A DNA stretch of 64,000 nt from Vitrella brassicaformis CCMP3155. Taxonomy: Eukaryota; Protista; Chromerida. The notes under the pieces are model-generated. The model saw only the letters and a list, made by a program, of their open reading frames with translations. It did not search any database and was not told where the DNA came from. A program made the translations under genes and the position numbers. The DNA lies in the NCBI GenBank assembly GCA_001179505.1, contig CDMY01000457.1, forward strand, positions 9,347-73,346. Direction: 5' to 3'. Positions 23,501 through 36,382 of this stretch are shown in pieces (the first letter of the stretch is position 1; each line of letters starts with the position of its first letter).

Positions 23501-25310
23501 AAGCGCATCCGTCCATGTGTGTTGGCCATTACCTGTCGGCCGTGTCAAGCCTCAGCACCCTGAACTTGGCCTTGATGCCCGGCTTGAACCGCGACGGCAC
23601 CTTTCGCAACGGCACGTCAGTCAAATGCTCATGGGGCACAATCCCTGCACGCACCCACGGATGAAGAGATATACACAGTATCACCCTGTTAGCAGGCTGC
23701 CTTCCTGTGTGTGTGTATGATACCTTTGACGTGGTCACTGAGTTTGATGAGGACTCCGCCGTCGAGTATTTTCTCGATGACGCCCGTGACCACCTCACCG
23801 ACATGCAGCTGGTGGAAGGCCAGGTACTTCTCCTCCAGCAGAGAAAGGCGGGTGGAGATCAGGTAGCCGCCCTCAAACGCGTTGCTGCTCAGCACCCTGA
23901 CGGACCAGACACACAGATGCATCGAGGGAATGCGTAGAGACGGAAATCGTGGTCGTTTGTCTGCTACGTTGTGCACCTTGCTTTGCACGTCTGTCCTATC
24001 CGGTATGCGTCTTCCACCTTCTCGATCGGTTTGTCGGACATGCGACTCAACTACAATGATATGACACGGTTGGAGGAAGATACATAAAAGGGCGCTTCCT
24101 TCTTCCGCTCACATGGCACAGGCCCAGCATCTTCTGTCCGCCTGCTGCCGCGCCTTCATCGCCATCAGCTTCTGCAGGAGGCAGCGGAGCCGTCACACGC
24201 ATGAAGTCGCGGGAAGTAATGTCCAGCTGTCACACATGCAACAAGCACAGGTGCACAATAGACAGACAGGCTGCGGTGCGTCCTTACCACGGTGCATGTG
24301 TCCAGCTGTGTGCCGGGCGGCATGTGTGATGGCATGTGGTAGCTCTGCCACTGCTGGAGGTGAGGCAGCAGGCTCAGACGCACCACACGCTCAGAGGGGA
24401 TCACGGCGATGATGCGACCAACCAACTGAAAGACAGGCAAACAAGATCGGCCGTCCGAGTCAGATTCCTTCCGCTTATCGATCACCTTCTTTTTGAGAGC
24501 AATGGATGGGGCGTCGGCCGCCAGACACGGGTGCTTGACGTGATGGGGGTGGATTGCCCCGAGCAGGGAGCCGAGCAGCGACACCAGCAGCCCCTTCTCG
24601 GCCTCCCCGCCTTTCTTCCTGCCCTCACGTGTGGCCGCCGCAGCCAGTGATGGGCTGTCCAGGAGGGTCTTGACGCGACACTCAACCAGCAGGCCCGCCT
24701 TGACCAGCTTCAGGTCCAGATCACTCTTGCCCTGACCACAAAGACACACAAGTGCATGCATACGAGTGCTCTGGTGTGCTCACGAGTGGTTTGGCTGAGG
24801 GGATCGCTGTGCAGACGACCGTCTTAGCATCTGCACACACATACAGCAAGTGTGAGTGGTTGTCAATGGCTGGCCCTCCCTCTCGCACCTTTGTTAACGG
24901 TCTCGATGGACACGAAGAGCAGGCTGCCGATTGTCAGCTGCTCCTTGGTCAAATGGTAGGGTCGCAGCGACGGGTCACGATGGCCGTCATCCTCCCTGTC
25001 GTTTTCTCCCTCATCCTCATTGCCCGACCCCTCCGCTGTCTCCTTCAGGGGGATGCTGGCCTCGGGCAGGAAGGCGTGTATGTGGGGAAGGCCCAGCGAG
25101 AGCAGATAGCCGTGCTCCTGGACGGAGTGCAGAGACGCCGGCAGCCACTGAAGTGAAAAAAGAAAAACAAAATGACGATAGCAACAGTTAGTGTCGCGCC
25201 TCTGCCGATTCACTGACAGCGCACCATGTTGGGCTGGATCGTGTCAATGGTGAGGCCGGCATTGCACAAAGATGGACGAAGTGACAGATCGATGCGACGC
25301 TCCTTCTCTG

Positions 25311-25346
<36 letters not shown>

Positions 25347-25969
25347 CCACATGGGATGCCGAGTCCGTGGCGTGTCCGTCATGCAACCGCCCACCTGTCT
25401 TGAGCACAACGCACGCCACAATCTGCCCGACCCGAAACCGCTCCCCCAGCGGCGCCACGCCGACACTGCCCTCGTCTGTGTCGATGTACTCGGCCTCCAT
25501 GGTGTGCTGGTGGGCCACGTAGCCCGTGAGGAAGTAGGGCAGCGACACAACCAAGTCGGTCGATGTGATCTCAGACACCACACCAAGGAGGAGAGTCCCA
25601 ACCTTCAGATCCTGACACACACAGGGAAGCCGGTGGTCGTCTTCGTTCGTTCCTGGCGTGGTTGTGGTGTTGTGATGGGTGGGTACCTTGAGCCTGAGAT
25701 ATCTGACGTCAGGCGGCAGCGTCACGGCGTCAGGACTGGGACCGATTGGCTGACTGTCGTCATCACCACGGGATGACTCATCGGTCACAGCTCGCCTCTT
25801 GCTGCCCGGAGGCGGAGGCACACTCTTCGCTTTGGGACGGCTCCTAGGAAAGTCCTCCTCCTTGCTGCAAGGTGACGAGAGGGAGGAGAGAAGCAAACAC
25901 GCAGGTCTCGCCGCTTCGGTGTGTGCATGTAGCTGTTATAACGACCTCCACCCCTCACCTATAGTCCAT
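17567..25969 (-). CDS. RRP5: rRNA biogenesis protein RRP5/PDCD11: tandem S1 domains plus C-terminal HAT/TPR repeats, about 25-30 exons
   Basis: N-terminus MDYS|KEEDFPR; many S1 repeats (GTLLLGVVSEI, SVKPYGLIL, GDTVTGRVKRKESFGVFI); HAT region YMAYWLKLSELRHAREVAERGVKHISFREDKERQNVWIAYLNME and IFEGLLRTYPRRLDLW, ending VQNKAREYV. Confidence 0.95.
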
Positions 25970-26358
25970 AGAAACAGCGCCGTCCTTTCAGAAGCAGCTG
26001 ACGATGAATAGTGATGGAGAGGGACACTCCGACGCTTCACGCGGCAGATGTCGGGCAAATGCTTTGCGCTTGGTTCTCACGCAGTCGTTCTCTGACCAGA
26101 TCACGACGATACAAGGCGAATTCCCTTCTTTCTTGAGGCAAGCTCAAACCACAAGCTCGCAAAAAATGTCGACCGCGCGACTTGTTTTTTCGCCTTTTTC
26201 TCGAGGGCGAGAGGGAGGCAGTGACGTCGTCGAGGCAACGTTGAGCTCTTTCTGCTTCGTGGCGAGAGCGAGAAGGAGTTTTCTTGGGGCGGGGCCAGGA
26301 GGCCAGGCGCAGAGGCGCCCTTCCGTCCATTACGCGGCGACGTGACTGGGACGTGACA

Positions 26359-29300
26359 ATGACGGACGGCGAAACTGACACAAGGTAAAGCCAAAAGAGA
26401 AATGCAGTCGATGACCCAGACGCGTCACGAGACATCCCGATGCATGAACCGACGGTCATAGGGGCACCTATAGTAGGGGCACCATTCTTGACGTATGTGT
26501 TGTGTGCAGATTGCTGGGTGCGTGCGGTGATCGCATCCACCCGCAGGAGCTGCTGTTCGACAGCGGGAAGTTTCAGGCGACTCACGAGGGCCATGAGAAC
26601 ATCGACGAATATCAACTCGGCGGCTATCACCCCGTCAAGCCGGGGTGGGTGAAGCCACCACACACACTCGTTTCTCTTCCTCTGGTTGTATGTCATCCAT
26701 CGGTCTCTGTTGTGCGTTTGTGTACGTGTGTGTTGTTCCTCCCAGTCAGCTGTACAATGATCGCTACAGAACGTGCGCCAAGCTTGGCAACGGCCAATAC
26801 TCGACAGTGTGGCTCGCACTCGACACCAAGTGCGCTATTATCCGAGCTGCATTGCTTTTTCTGATATCTCGTCGGCTTCTGGTGCTGTCTCCTGGCAGGT
26901 CGAAGCGGACCAAGAACGAGCGCCGTCGATATGTGGCCCTCAAGTTCGCCAGGAGCCACCGTGACTACGCCATGGCTGCACAGGATGAGGTAGGCTGGCT
27001 GACATGAGCAGGTGCACCCATCGCTCCCGTACCTCTGTTTGTCCTCACTGTGTTGTGTGCAGATAGCGGTGGCTGAGACGGTTCGCCGTGCCCTCTTGAG
27101 CAGCAGCAGGCTGGAATATAAGAAGAATCTGGAGGTAGGGTGACGCCACACACGCGGCGAATGCTGCATGGAACCAACCATCAATCATTCGTGTTTGGTC
27201 ATTGGTGGATCAATCAGGAGAGTTTCCCCGAGTACGGCCGCACCGAGAGTCACAAGGTGCTGCTCAACTCAACACACGTCCTTCGCCTCGAGGACCGATT
27301 CGTGCATCACGGGCCACACGGCAAGCACCACGTCATCGTATTCGAGGTACGTTGTTGTGCACAGTGGAGACACAAAGGAAGAGACACACTCCCAAGCGTA
27401 TGTCTCTTTCATGTGCAGCTGTTGGGCCCGAATCTGCTTGAGTTGATCCGTTTCTATCAGAAGTGCCCCAAAGTACGATGAAAGGAGAGATGGCTATGTG
27501 TACGTCTTCTCAGCACGTTTCGTGGCTTGCTTTGTGTGCAGATGTTCTGTCCGCTGGAGGTGGTTCGCAATGTCTCGTGTCAGCTCCTCATTGGCCTCCA
27601 CTTCCTGCACAGCTTCGCATCGTAAGCAAACAGACAGACATGGGACGGGGGTGCGATTGATCTTGCTGTCTCTGCCTAATTGCAGCATCCTGCACACTGA
27701 CTTGAAGCCCGAGAACATCCTCGTGTCGACGGCCACCTTCCTCAACGACATCGACAAGGTGTTCAGGGACTTCCACCACGACAGCAATGGGGACGACAGC
27801 AAAGCCAGTAGCGCCGTCTCGCCCAACATTGACACAGAGGAGGGGCCGAAGGCCGAGGAGGCGCCCGCAGCCGCTGATGAGCCCCCCAGGGGCTCGGCTG
27901 TGGCCAACGGGGTGCCGCAGCTCACGCTGCCGCCACCTGCCACGGCCAGCGCTGCGCCTGCTGCTCCTGTTGTAGCTCCTGTCGCTGCCCCTGTTCCGTC
28001 CCCGACAGACCTCAAGAGCATCTTGGGGGCGCGAGGAATCAAGGTATGCACACACTCGATTGCAGAAAAAGACTATGGAGGCAGATGTTGTGTGTTTCGG
28101 TTTGCAGGTGCCTGGTGATGTGCCTGAGGAGGCTCTGTCGACTCTTGATGAGTTCCGCAGCATCGCAAAAGGGCAGAAGAAGGACAAGAAGAAAAGACGT
28201 GAGATTGATCAATGCGTCAGCCAGACACACACACATTGCACGCTCTGTTCCCCTCGGTCTTTCAGTTCGCGAGAAACTCAAGAAGATGGGCGTTGATGAT
28301 TGCATCCTCGATCTCGACCTGTCCGTCATGCCCGGCACAGCCACCAACGAGGCCACGGCTGACAGCCCCGACGCCTCCACGGCTTCGCCCCTCACTGCTC
28401 GAGGCTTCAGGCAGCCCCAGCACAAGCACAAGAAGTCCACTCTCTTTCGACAAGCCGCAGCCGCCCAGAGGACCGCCGGGCGGAAGCAAGCAGACATCGA
28501 GGAGAGGGATGAAGCGGAGGAGCAGCAAGAGCAAGAGGGGCACGATGACGAGAGCAGCCTGGCTGACCACCCTGCTGGCCCAGAGGATGCTCCCGACACC
28601 GTTGTCCCACCAGCAGAGGAGTCCGTCACTGCTCAAGAGCCGCCTGACGTCGCCGATGGAGTGTCGGAGGCCCCGCCTGCTGACGAAGAGGCCAGTCGAC
28701 ACAATGGCGACGTCGAGGCCCCCGAGCAGGCACCAGACAACGAAGCGCTCGCCAGCAGCCAGGAAGGCGAGCAGGGTGCTGTGTCTCCTGAGGGCGAGGC
28801 ATCCGCCGTGGCCGTCCCATTCATCGCCCCTGACCAGCCAGAAGGCTCGGCCGACCGGCCCAGTGGCGCTGAGGCGGATGCCGGTGGCGGTGAGGTGACA
28901 GCGACCGAGCAGATGGCCGATGACGTTGCCAGCCAGACGGTCGAGGGCACTCAGGCGGACGAGGACGAGGCATCGCCAGGCAAGAGCAAGAGGAAGAAGA
29001 GGGGCCGCAGGGGAGGGGCCAAGAACAAGCGAAAGAACCAGGAAGGAGAAGAAAACGAGGGAGGCACGGACAGCCCGCCGGCCAGCGAGGCGCCACAGGA
29101 CAGCGTTGCTGCTCTCGAACTGGAGCCGCCCATCAGCGGCCCCGGCGAGACGGCAGTGCTGGTGGAGATCGAAGGCCCCGAACCCGCCTCGGCCGCGCCC
29201 CAGACCAAGAAGAAGGACAAGATGAGAGGCAAGGCTGCAGCCGCAGACAAGAGTGAAAACAAAGAGCCCGAGCAGGAGCAGGGAGATCAGGAGGAGAGAG

Positions 29301-32300
29301 AGGTGGACAACGACGATGCGGGTGAGGCAGACTCTGTGGACATGGTGGTGGCTGAGCTGGACCGCGAGGCCGCCGAGGCACGCGAGGGCGGCAAGAGGAA
29401 GGGCAAGTCGCGGAAGAAAGGCAGAGGCAAGGAGGGCCGCAGGGGCGGCAATGATGGGGTATCGCATGGGGGGAACGGCAACGGTGGGGATGCTGCGTGT
29501 GTGGACTTTGACGAGTCGGAGTTGCCAAGGGGCAAGGTGGACGTGCCGTACGTCAAGAAGGAGCTCAAGCCCTCACGCAGTGACCCCTCGCTGCTGACCA
29601 CATATGAGGAGGAATGGGAGCAATCATACGTCAAGTAGGGCAACACCACACACGAATGAATGTATCACATGGCCTTCGTTGTACGCTTCAGGCCTCCATA
29701 TCAGCACTTCCAGCAGATATATGACTGGGCCATCAAGGTAGCCCAGGCTCGCGCCCGCAGTGACGCCAAGAACCTCCTGTACTACCCCATCTTGCCACCC
29801 GAGGTCAACCACCCCGTGTACTTTGCCCCGGAGTACCTCCACAGCAGCAAGCGCGCGACGGCGGGGTGTGAGGTGCCGTGCTTCTACCCCACGCCGTATG
29901 AGGTCCGCTATCTGCCCAGCACGGTCCGACATGACGTGACGAAGAAGAGCCTTGCTGACTACAGCAAGTGGTGAGATTGCATGACGGGCACGGCAGACGA
30001 AATCTCGTATTGAGAAGCGTGCTTACTGGTTGTGTGGTGGCAGTGTTGCTGACTGTCACATCTTTCATGACGACACTGCTGAGTTCAAGATTGCTGACCT
30101 GGGTGGGTCAGGCACGGGAGAGAAAGAGCAGCACGCATTTGTGCTGCGTCCTCTGTGTGTCTTCTTTGTGCAGGTAACTGCATGTTGGATTTGGGTATGG
30201 AGAGGGAGGTCATTCAGACCCGGCAATACAGAGCACCGGAGGTACGGACAGACGCAACAGCCCCCTCGCTCATGTCTCTGTTCATGTCTGCATGTGTGTC
30301 ATGTGTGGATCTGTGGATGCAGGCTGTGTTGCAGATCCAGCCGTATTCCTTCACCACGGACATCTGGTCACTGGCCTGTGTCATTTATGAGCTCGTCACT
30401 GGTGAGCGGGTGGGTGGGTCGGTAGCACGCACAGCAGGAGGATGCGGGTGCTGCTGTGTTGTGCAGGTGAGTTTCTGTTTGAGATGCTGGAGTCTGAGGA
30501 TCCTGAGAATGACGACCTCACGCACATAGCACTGGTATTCCTCGCCCATGAGGCCTCTACTCATTATCGTCGTGGGTCCACATTGTGTCCCTTCCTTCCA
30601 TCAATGTTAGTTTATCGAGACGTTGGGTCCGCTCCCGGAGGACATATACCAAAAAAGCGAGAAATATCAAGCAAGCTTCCTTCCGTCTCCCGCAACAGCC
30701 CTTAATTCATCCTCTCGCGTGTCTGTGCGTGTGTGTGTGCAGCGTTTCTATCCATTTCTGTCCGACAAGAAGAAGAACCCTGACAGAAGCATCTCACGCA
30801 GACTCAGGGAAATGTGAGCATTGCTCCAAATGAAGAGGACGCGCAGACACATCTGCCTTGCCCATTTGCTCATTTCTGCGTGTTCAGTCGTAAGGATTTG
30901 GGTGAGTTCGAGCGTCAGTTGCTGGTGCAGTTCCTGGAGCCCATGCTGGAGTACGACCCCGCCAAGCGACACACGGCCGACAAACTGCTCGCAAACGACT
31001 TCTTCACACGCAGACTGCGCATCGACAGCATGGTCCCATACTCAGAAAAAGTCGAAGAGGTAGGAAAACATACCCACACACACACACACACACACGCACT
31101 TCATTCATATCCCGGTTCGGGTCTCTGTCTGCACAGACGTGGAGCTACTGTCGGAGGTACGTCCAGCAGCACTCGTCCCCATCTGACGCCCAGGAGCATG
31201 CCGAGCACGAGAGAGAGGCCCTCGTGGCCGCCGAGATGACCGCGTCTCTTCATGACCACCAGCACGCATCTCACTCGGCCAACGGACACCTCCAGCACGC
31301 ACTCGGCCCCCGGGGCCCCTTCTATAGCTATCACGGCTACGAGACGGAGGGCACGCAGGCGATGGCCTTCTTCGACCACAGTGATCCCCGCGCCCGCATC
31401 TACCAGACGGAGCAGGTGGACCACGCACGTGCGTGGCGTATGCGGGAGGTGTCGGAGCTGGAGGTGTCCTATGACCAGATCCGCTACATGGGGCGACCTG
31501 ACCTGCTCGCACGCGACCACCTGGATCCTGCGATGCATCTGGGGGACCCCAGCCTGTATCAGCATTACCAGCAGGCGAACAACCCCCTGCTGCAGGACTA
31601 CGCCTACCAGCAGGCCAACTTCCACCACGTCAACATGCTCCAAGACATCGCACAGGCACAGAAGACCGATGAGGCGCGCTACCGGTCGTCAGCCAGCGAG
31701 GCAATGGCGCGCAGGGCGCTCTTCGATCAGCACCGGCAGCAGATCATGGACAAGGTCGCCAAAGAGGACCTGCGGCGCTTCAGCGAGAAGCGACGGCAGC
31801 ACGCCCAGAGGGACGAGGAGCAACTCGAAGCACTCGACGAAGATGAGGATGACGAGGACGCCGAGGCATCCAAGGCCAAGGACAGGCGAATTCTCTCGCG
31901 CACCAAGCAGACGCACCTCTCGCGTGTCGATCTGCCCGCTCACGCGACCACCGGCCGTGCCCACCACTTCCAGAGGCGATTCCAGAAGCGTCCACGTGAC
32001 GACGACTCGGACGAGTGCGAGGATGTCGATGACGACGACCAGGAGGACGAGAGGGCGACCGCGGCCGCTCTCGTGTCGGAGGCAGCCGTGTCCCAGGCCA
32101 TCTTGGGAATCGGAGCACAAGATGAGCTGGACAGCGACGAGCCGACCGCCCCCGCTAAGTCGACATTCACAGCACACGACGCAGGCAGGGGGCGCGCAAC
32201 GAAGGCCAGGCCACACAGAACCGAGGTAAGAAGAGAGAAGAGGACAGTAAGGACTGCCAGCATACTTGTCTCCCTGTCGGTGTGTGTCTCACCTCCAAAC

Positions 32301-34080
32301 AGCTAACAGTGAGTGCAGTGGAGACCGACCTGTCGCCCGGCACGCAGCCCCCCACCCAGCAGAGCGCTCAGCAGCCCCAGTCCATGATGGAGATTCACGC
32401 ACGGGTGCAGTCGTTGCAGCATCAGGTGGACCATCTCTCCTCTCAAGTCGACAGGGAGAAGAGCAAAGAGGGCAGCCTCCGGACAAAGGAGCATCTGCTG
32501 CGAATCGAGAGGGAGAAGCGGGCGGACGACAAGCAGGGTGGCACCCGCAGCGGCCGCACCAAGCAGCAGCTCATCCACCAGCAGATGGCCACCGCCCCAA
32601 CTGAGCAGCCCTCTGCAGGCCTGTCTGCCCAGCACACTGAGAGAGAGGACACACCAGAGACACTCAAGCAAAATTTCCGTGCGTTTGCGGCGGGCCTGTC
32701 GCGCAAGATGGGCCCCAGTCAGCGCGATACGGCGGCAGCAGCAGCAGCCGCGGCCTCGGGTGTGGGCAAGACAGTGCAGCGTGACGTGAGGGCCGATGTG
32801 GAGAATATGAGCCGTCAGTCGTCTGGCAACAGCAACCCTTTCCAGCTGGAGGAGTCATTCTCTCGGGAGACGGGCCTCAGCCTCAGGGGCTCGGACAGGG
32901 AGAGGCTCATGGCCACACAGGTACACGCAAGGCCTGCATTGAGATAACACTTCTGCCAGCGTCCTGTGCACACATCCACCACTACTTGTCTGTATGTAAA
33001 GGCTCGCCTTCCCTGCTTCAGTGGAGCCAAAGTGAGCATTGCGACCACACGCCGTAATGCAGCCGGACCGCACCCACAGCCCGATCCGTCGCCCGCCTCT
33101 GCAGAAGCCGGGACCGACAACGGCCCCTCCTTCAATGAGGATGTCGACAAGGCGTCCGACCCTCCCCTCGAGCGTCCTATCCCCTGTGTGCCGTCTCCCG
33201 AGAGCATCGCCACTGATGGTGATGGAGACGACAGCGCGGCCGAGTCGAGCCAGCCGCCTGTTATCGAGAGGGAGGGCGATGCAGAGGGGGACGTCGACGG
33301 GGACGAGACGGCACTGTATCACGATGCTGAGGGCGGTGAGGGGCAGCAGGGGGAGGATGAGGGTGTCGCGGAGGCTGCTGACGTGGAGGCTGCACCGTGT
33401 GAGGATCTGCCGGAGGATTGCGAGCAGAAAGAGGACAGTGGGGCTGAATGCGAGGAGGGGGGTTCTCGTGCTCATGAGAGGGCAGGTGGAGAGCAAGAGG
33501 AGGGTGACAATGAGGCGGAGGAGGGCATTGCTGACCCCGACGTTGCCGAAGCTTTGTCCGAATTCGACTCCGGTATGCATGTATACGACCGCACATGGAT
33601 GGATGGATGGATTCATTGGGTTTGCAGATTCTGATGACGACGATGACCTGCCTGTCCAAGATGCCCGAGATCTGCGTACTTTTGGTCCGTAAAGACATAG
33701 AAGGGATTTGCGTGCGTACAGGTCTCTTGTCTGTCTGTCTCCTTAGCTGGATTCGTCTCTCAGGGAGCCATGAGCTTCCTCCCTCCACAAAGGTGGGTGA
33801 GCGGGAAGGCCATCAACCGATCGAGGCACGCCACTCATTGCCTCTCTCTCTGTCTCTCTGACCTGTGTCTGCAGCGTGAGTGAATGGGCAGAGGTTGCCC
33901 CGGCTGTCTCGGACTCCGCCTGCCCCGCCGGTGATCACGCCATCGTGCATCGCGGCAGCCCCACCCTTTTCCAGCACACACACTCAACAGAGCTGCCCTC
34001 ATCCACGTCAGGCAACGGCGAGGATGCGCCCTCGACCACCACCACAACCAAGCGGGACGAAAGGCAGAAGGAGAGCTGAG
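26359..34080 (+). CDS. SRPK: SRPK/Sky1-family SR-protein kinase with a very long spacer insert and a probable long C-terminal low-complexity extension
   Basis: EYQLGGYHPV, KLGNGQYSTVWLA, YVALK, LLGPNLLELI, ILHTDLKPENILV, KIADLGN, IQTRQYRAPE, DIWSLACVIYELVTGEFLF, DDLTHIAL, FLEPMLEYDPAKR. A phase-0 intron at 31060-31193 joins the kinase to ORF 31224-32306. The part beyond about 31.2 kb is less certain. Confidence 0.85.
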
Positions 34081-34568
34081 TGAGACACATGCTGCACATG
34101 TGATGGGTGCAATTGGGCGGCGCTATCATGTGTGCCTGTCTGCAGCATCGGGTGCCTGGGTGTAGTCGCTGAATTGCTTCTTTGTGGGTGCGGCACAGAC
34201 AATGGGTGGATTGCAAGGTGGGTATTTGTTTGTTCGTGTGAGACTGCATCAGAGATACCGTGTGTGCGTGTGGGGGGGCGGCGCATCCATGTTGATACGT
34301 GCGGAACGCATGAGGGATACACAGAGACATCGGCTCGGCGACTGACTGATAATTGGCAATATCGACCGACCGAACGATTTTATGGTCTCTCCGCTCATCA
34401 TTCCTCGGCAAGCACCGCGTCGCCTTCCGACGGGAGTTGAAAGCACAGTTGAATGTGCTTTCGACAAACGTCGGCAGATGACTGAGCACTTGCAAAAGAG
34501 AATCAGAGTGATCTATCCTACACGTACTTAACACGTACACACACAGCATCCCTGCCACTATCAACCTA

Positions 34569-36259
34569 TCACACCTCACCACCCCTCCCCGGCCTCTGCC
34601 TCCCCTCAGCCACATCTGCTATGAACACACACACTCTTCTCAGCGCCTCCCTCGCCTCGGGGACAACAGATGCCCACATCTCCATAGAGTGCCAGCCCCT
34701 CCGGTTCTCATGAAGCGTTGAAACAGCCGGGCCGCTCGCCGAGTAGGACAGTCTGCGGTGCAGCTGCCGCTGCCGTCTTCGCCAGATATCCAGGAACGAA
34801 TGGGCGTCGCTCCTCGACCAGTCGTCCTCACCCACAGACACATACAGGGGGGTGGAATACGTGTTGGGTGGCAGTGCTGTGGCCCGCCAGAGGGTGGGGC
34901 TTGCGTCGACAACACTCATGCCAGACGAGGGGAGCAGCCAGGAGTCGGTGGCGTTGCCCTTCAGCACCCTCTCCACATCCACGTATGCACCGTCCCGCAG
35001 TGAGTGGCCGTGGCACGTGCAGTCCATGCACTCGTGATAGGAATCACCTGGGTCAGATCACAAATGCACATAAGAGTATAATGTGATGTGTGTGTGTGTG
35101 TGTGTGATTGTCTTGCCTGAACATGAGAGGTCCAGCCACGGGGAAACGAGCGCGATGCCGCTGGGATGACATCCGTCGCCGTGACGAAGTAACTGCAACG
35201 CGAGGTTGCCACCTGAGCCATTGCCGACGAGAATGATGGCCTTGCCGTCGCCGCCCACGAGGTCGATTAGTTCTCTGTGTGCCTCGACCACGGCATCAAC
35301 CATCTCCTGGAAAGTGGCATTGTATGCCAGCGGGTAAGAAGGCGAGAACACTGACAGCCGCTGGATGCCACACCTACCACACACCCGAACGCACATATGA
35401 GTGCGAATGGCTACTTTGTCATTGTCCCTCACCATCTTCGTTTCCGTCGTCTCCTCAGCTCCCTGTGCGTCCCTCTCGCCAACTCCAAGACAAAGCTCTC
35501 CTCCCTCCGACTGTGCCGGACATCGCCACTCAGGAACTCACCGCCATGCAGATACAGCAGCACCATCGCATCATCCCCACACTCGCCCGCAGGGCTCTCC
35601 CCCTCCCCCTGTGTGTCATTGGCGCCGTTGCTGCTCTCCAGTGCGCCAATGGCCGCCTTGCCCTGTCTCCTCCGTTTTCTCCTACGCCCATATCGTCTTG
35701 GCAAGGGCAGTGACATCGGCAGGTCGTCGACAGAGAAGAACCACCAGTCGCCAGGTGACTTCATGGCTGTGTCTGCGGCATCGATGCGCCGAATGCCGCC
35801 GTAGCAGGGCCGCGGATGCAGGCAGAAGTCGCTCAGCTTGTCGTTGCTCTCGGCCTCCTGCACCGCTGCGCTGATGTCTATCGCAGATGAGTTTTCGCAT
35901 CGCTCCAGGAAGTCGTCCCTAACGACAAATAGACGTCTTCGCGCCAGCCTGAGCTGTCGGGAGAGCAGTTTCCCATCCTCTTTGCGCGTGAGATCCGCAT
36001 CCAGGTAGTCCGCTCCCTTGTCGCCGACCAACAAACTGCACACAACACATAGAAGGACTCAGCAAAGCGATGAGTGAATGGATGAATATATGCCTCCGAT
36101 GGGTGCAGCTATGTGTCCATGCCTGATGTAGAAGAGGAAGGATGCCAGCTTCCTGAGAGTGAGGTCTGCCTTCTTCTTTGCCACTTTTGTCCACATCAGC
36201 ATGAGTAAAGCAGCCAAGGACGGTGCGCCGAGCTTCTGTGCAACAACAGAAACCTGCAT
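34569..36259 (-). CDS. Hormone-sensitive-lipase-type alpha/beta hydrolase fold protein with a non-canonical nucleophile elbow
   Basis: LLYLHGGEF (HGGG-like), SYPLA, ILVGNGSGGNLA (GDSAGGNLA-like), IALVSPWLDLS, YVSVGEDD and GWHSM. Confidence 0.8.
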
Positions 36260-36382
36260 TTCTCAAAGATCTTTCTCCCTCTTTCAGCTGAAGAGCGGTT
36301 TGACGGAACATTTGCGAGCTTGAAAGCTCTGCGAGGAGTTTTCCGTCCTTCTCGGCTTTTTCGTCGCCGTCAATCGGTCATC

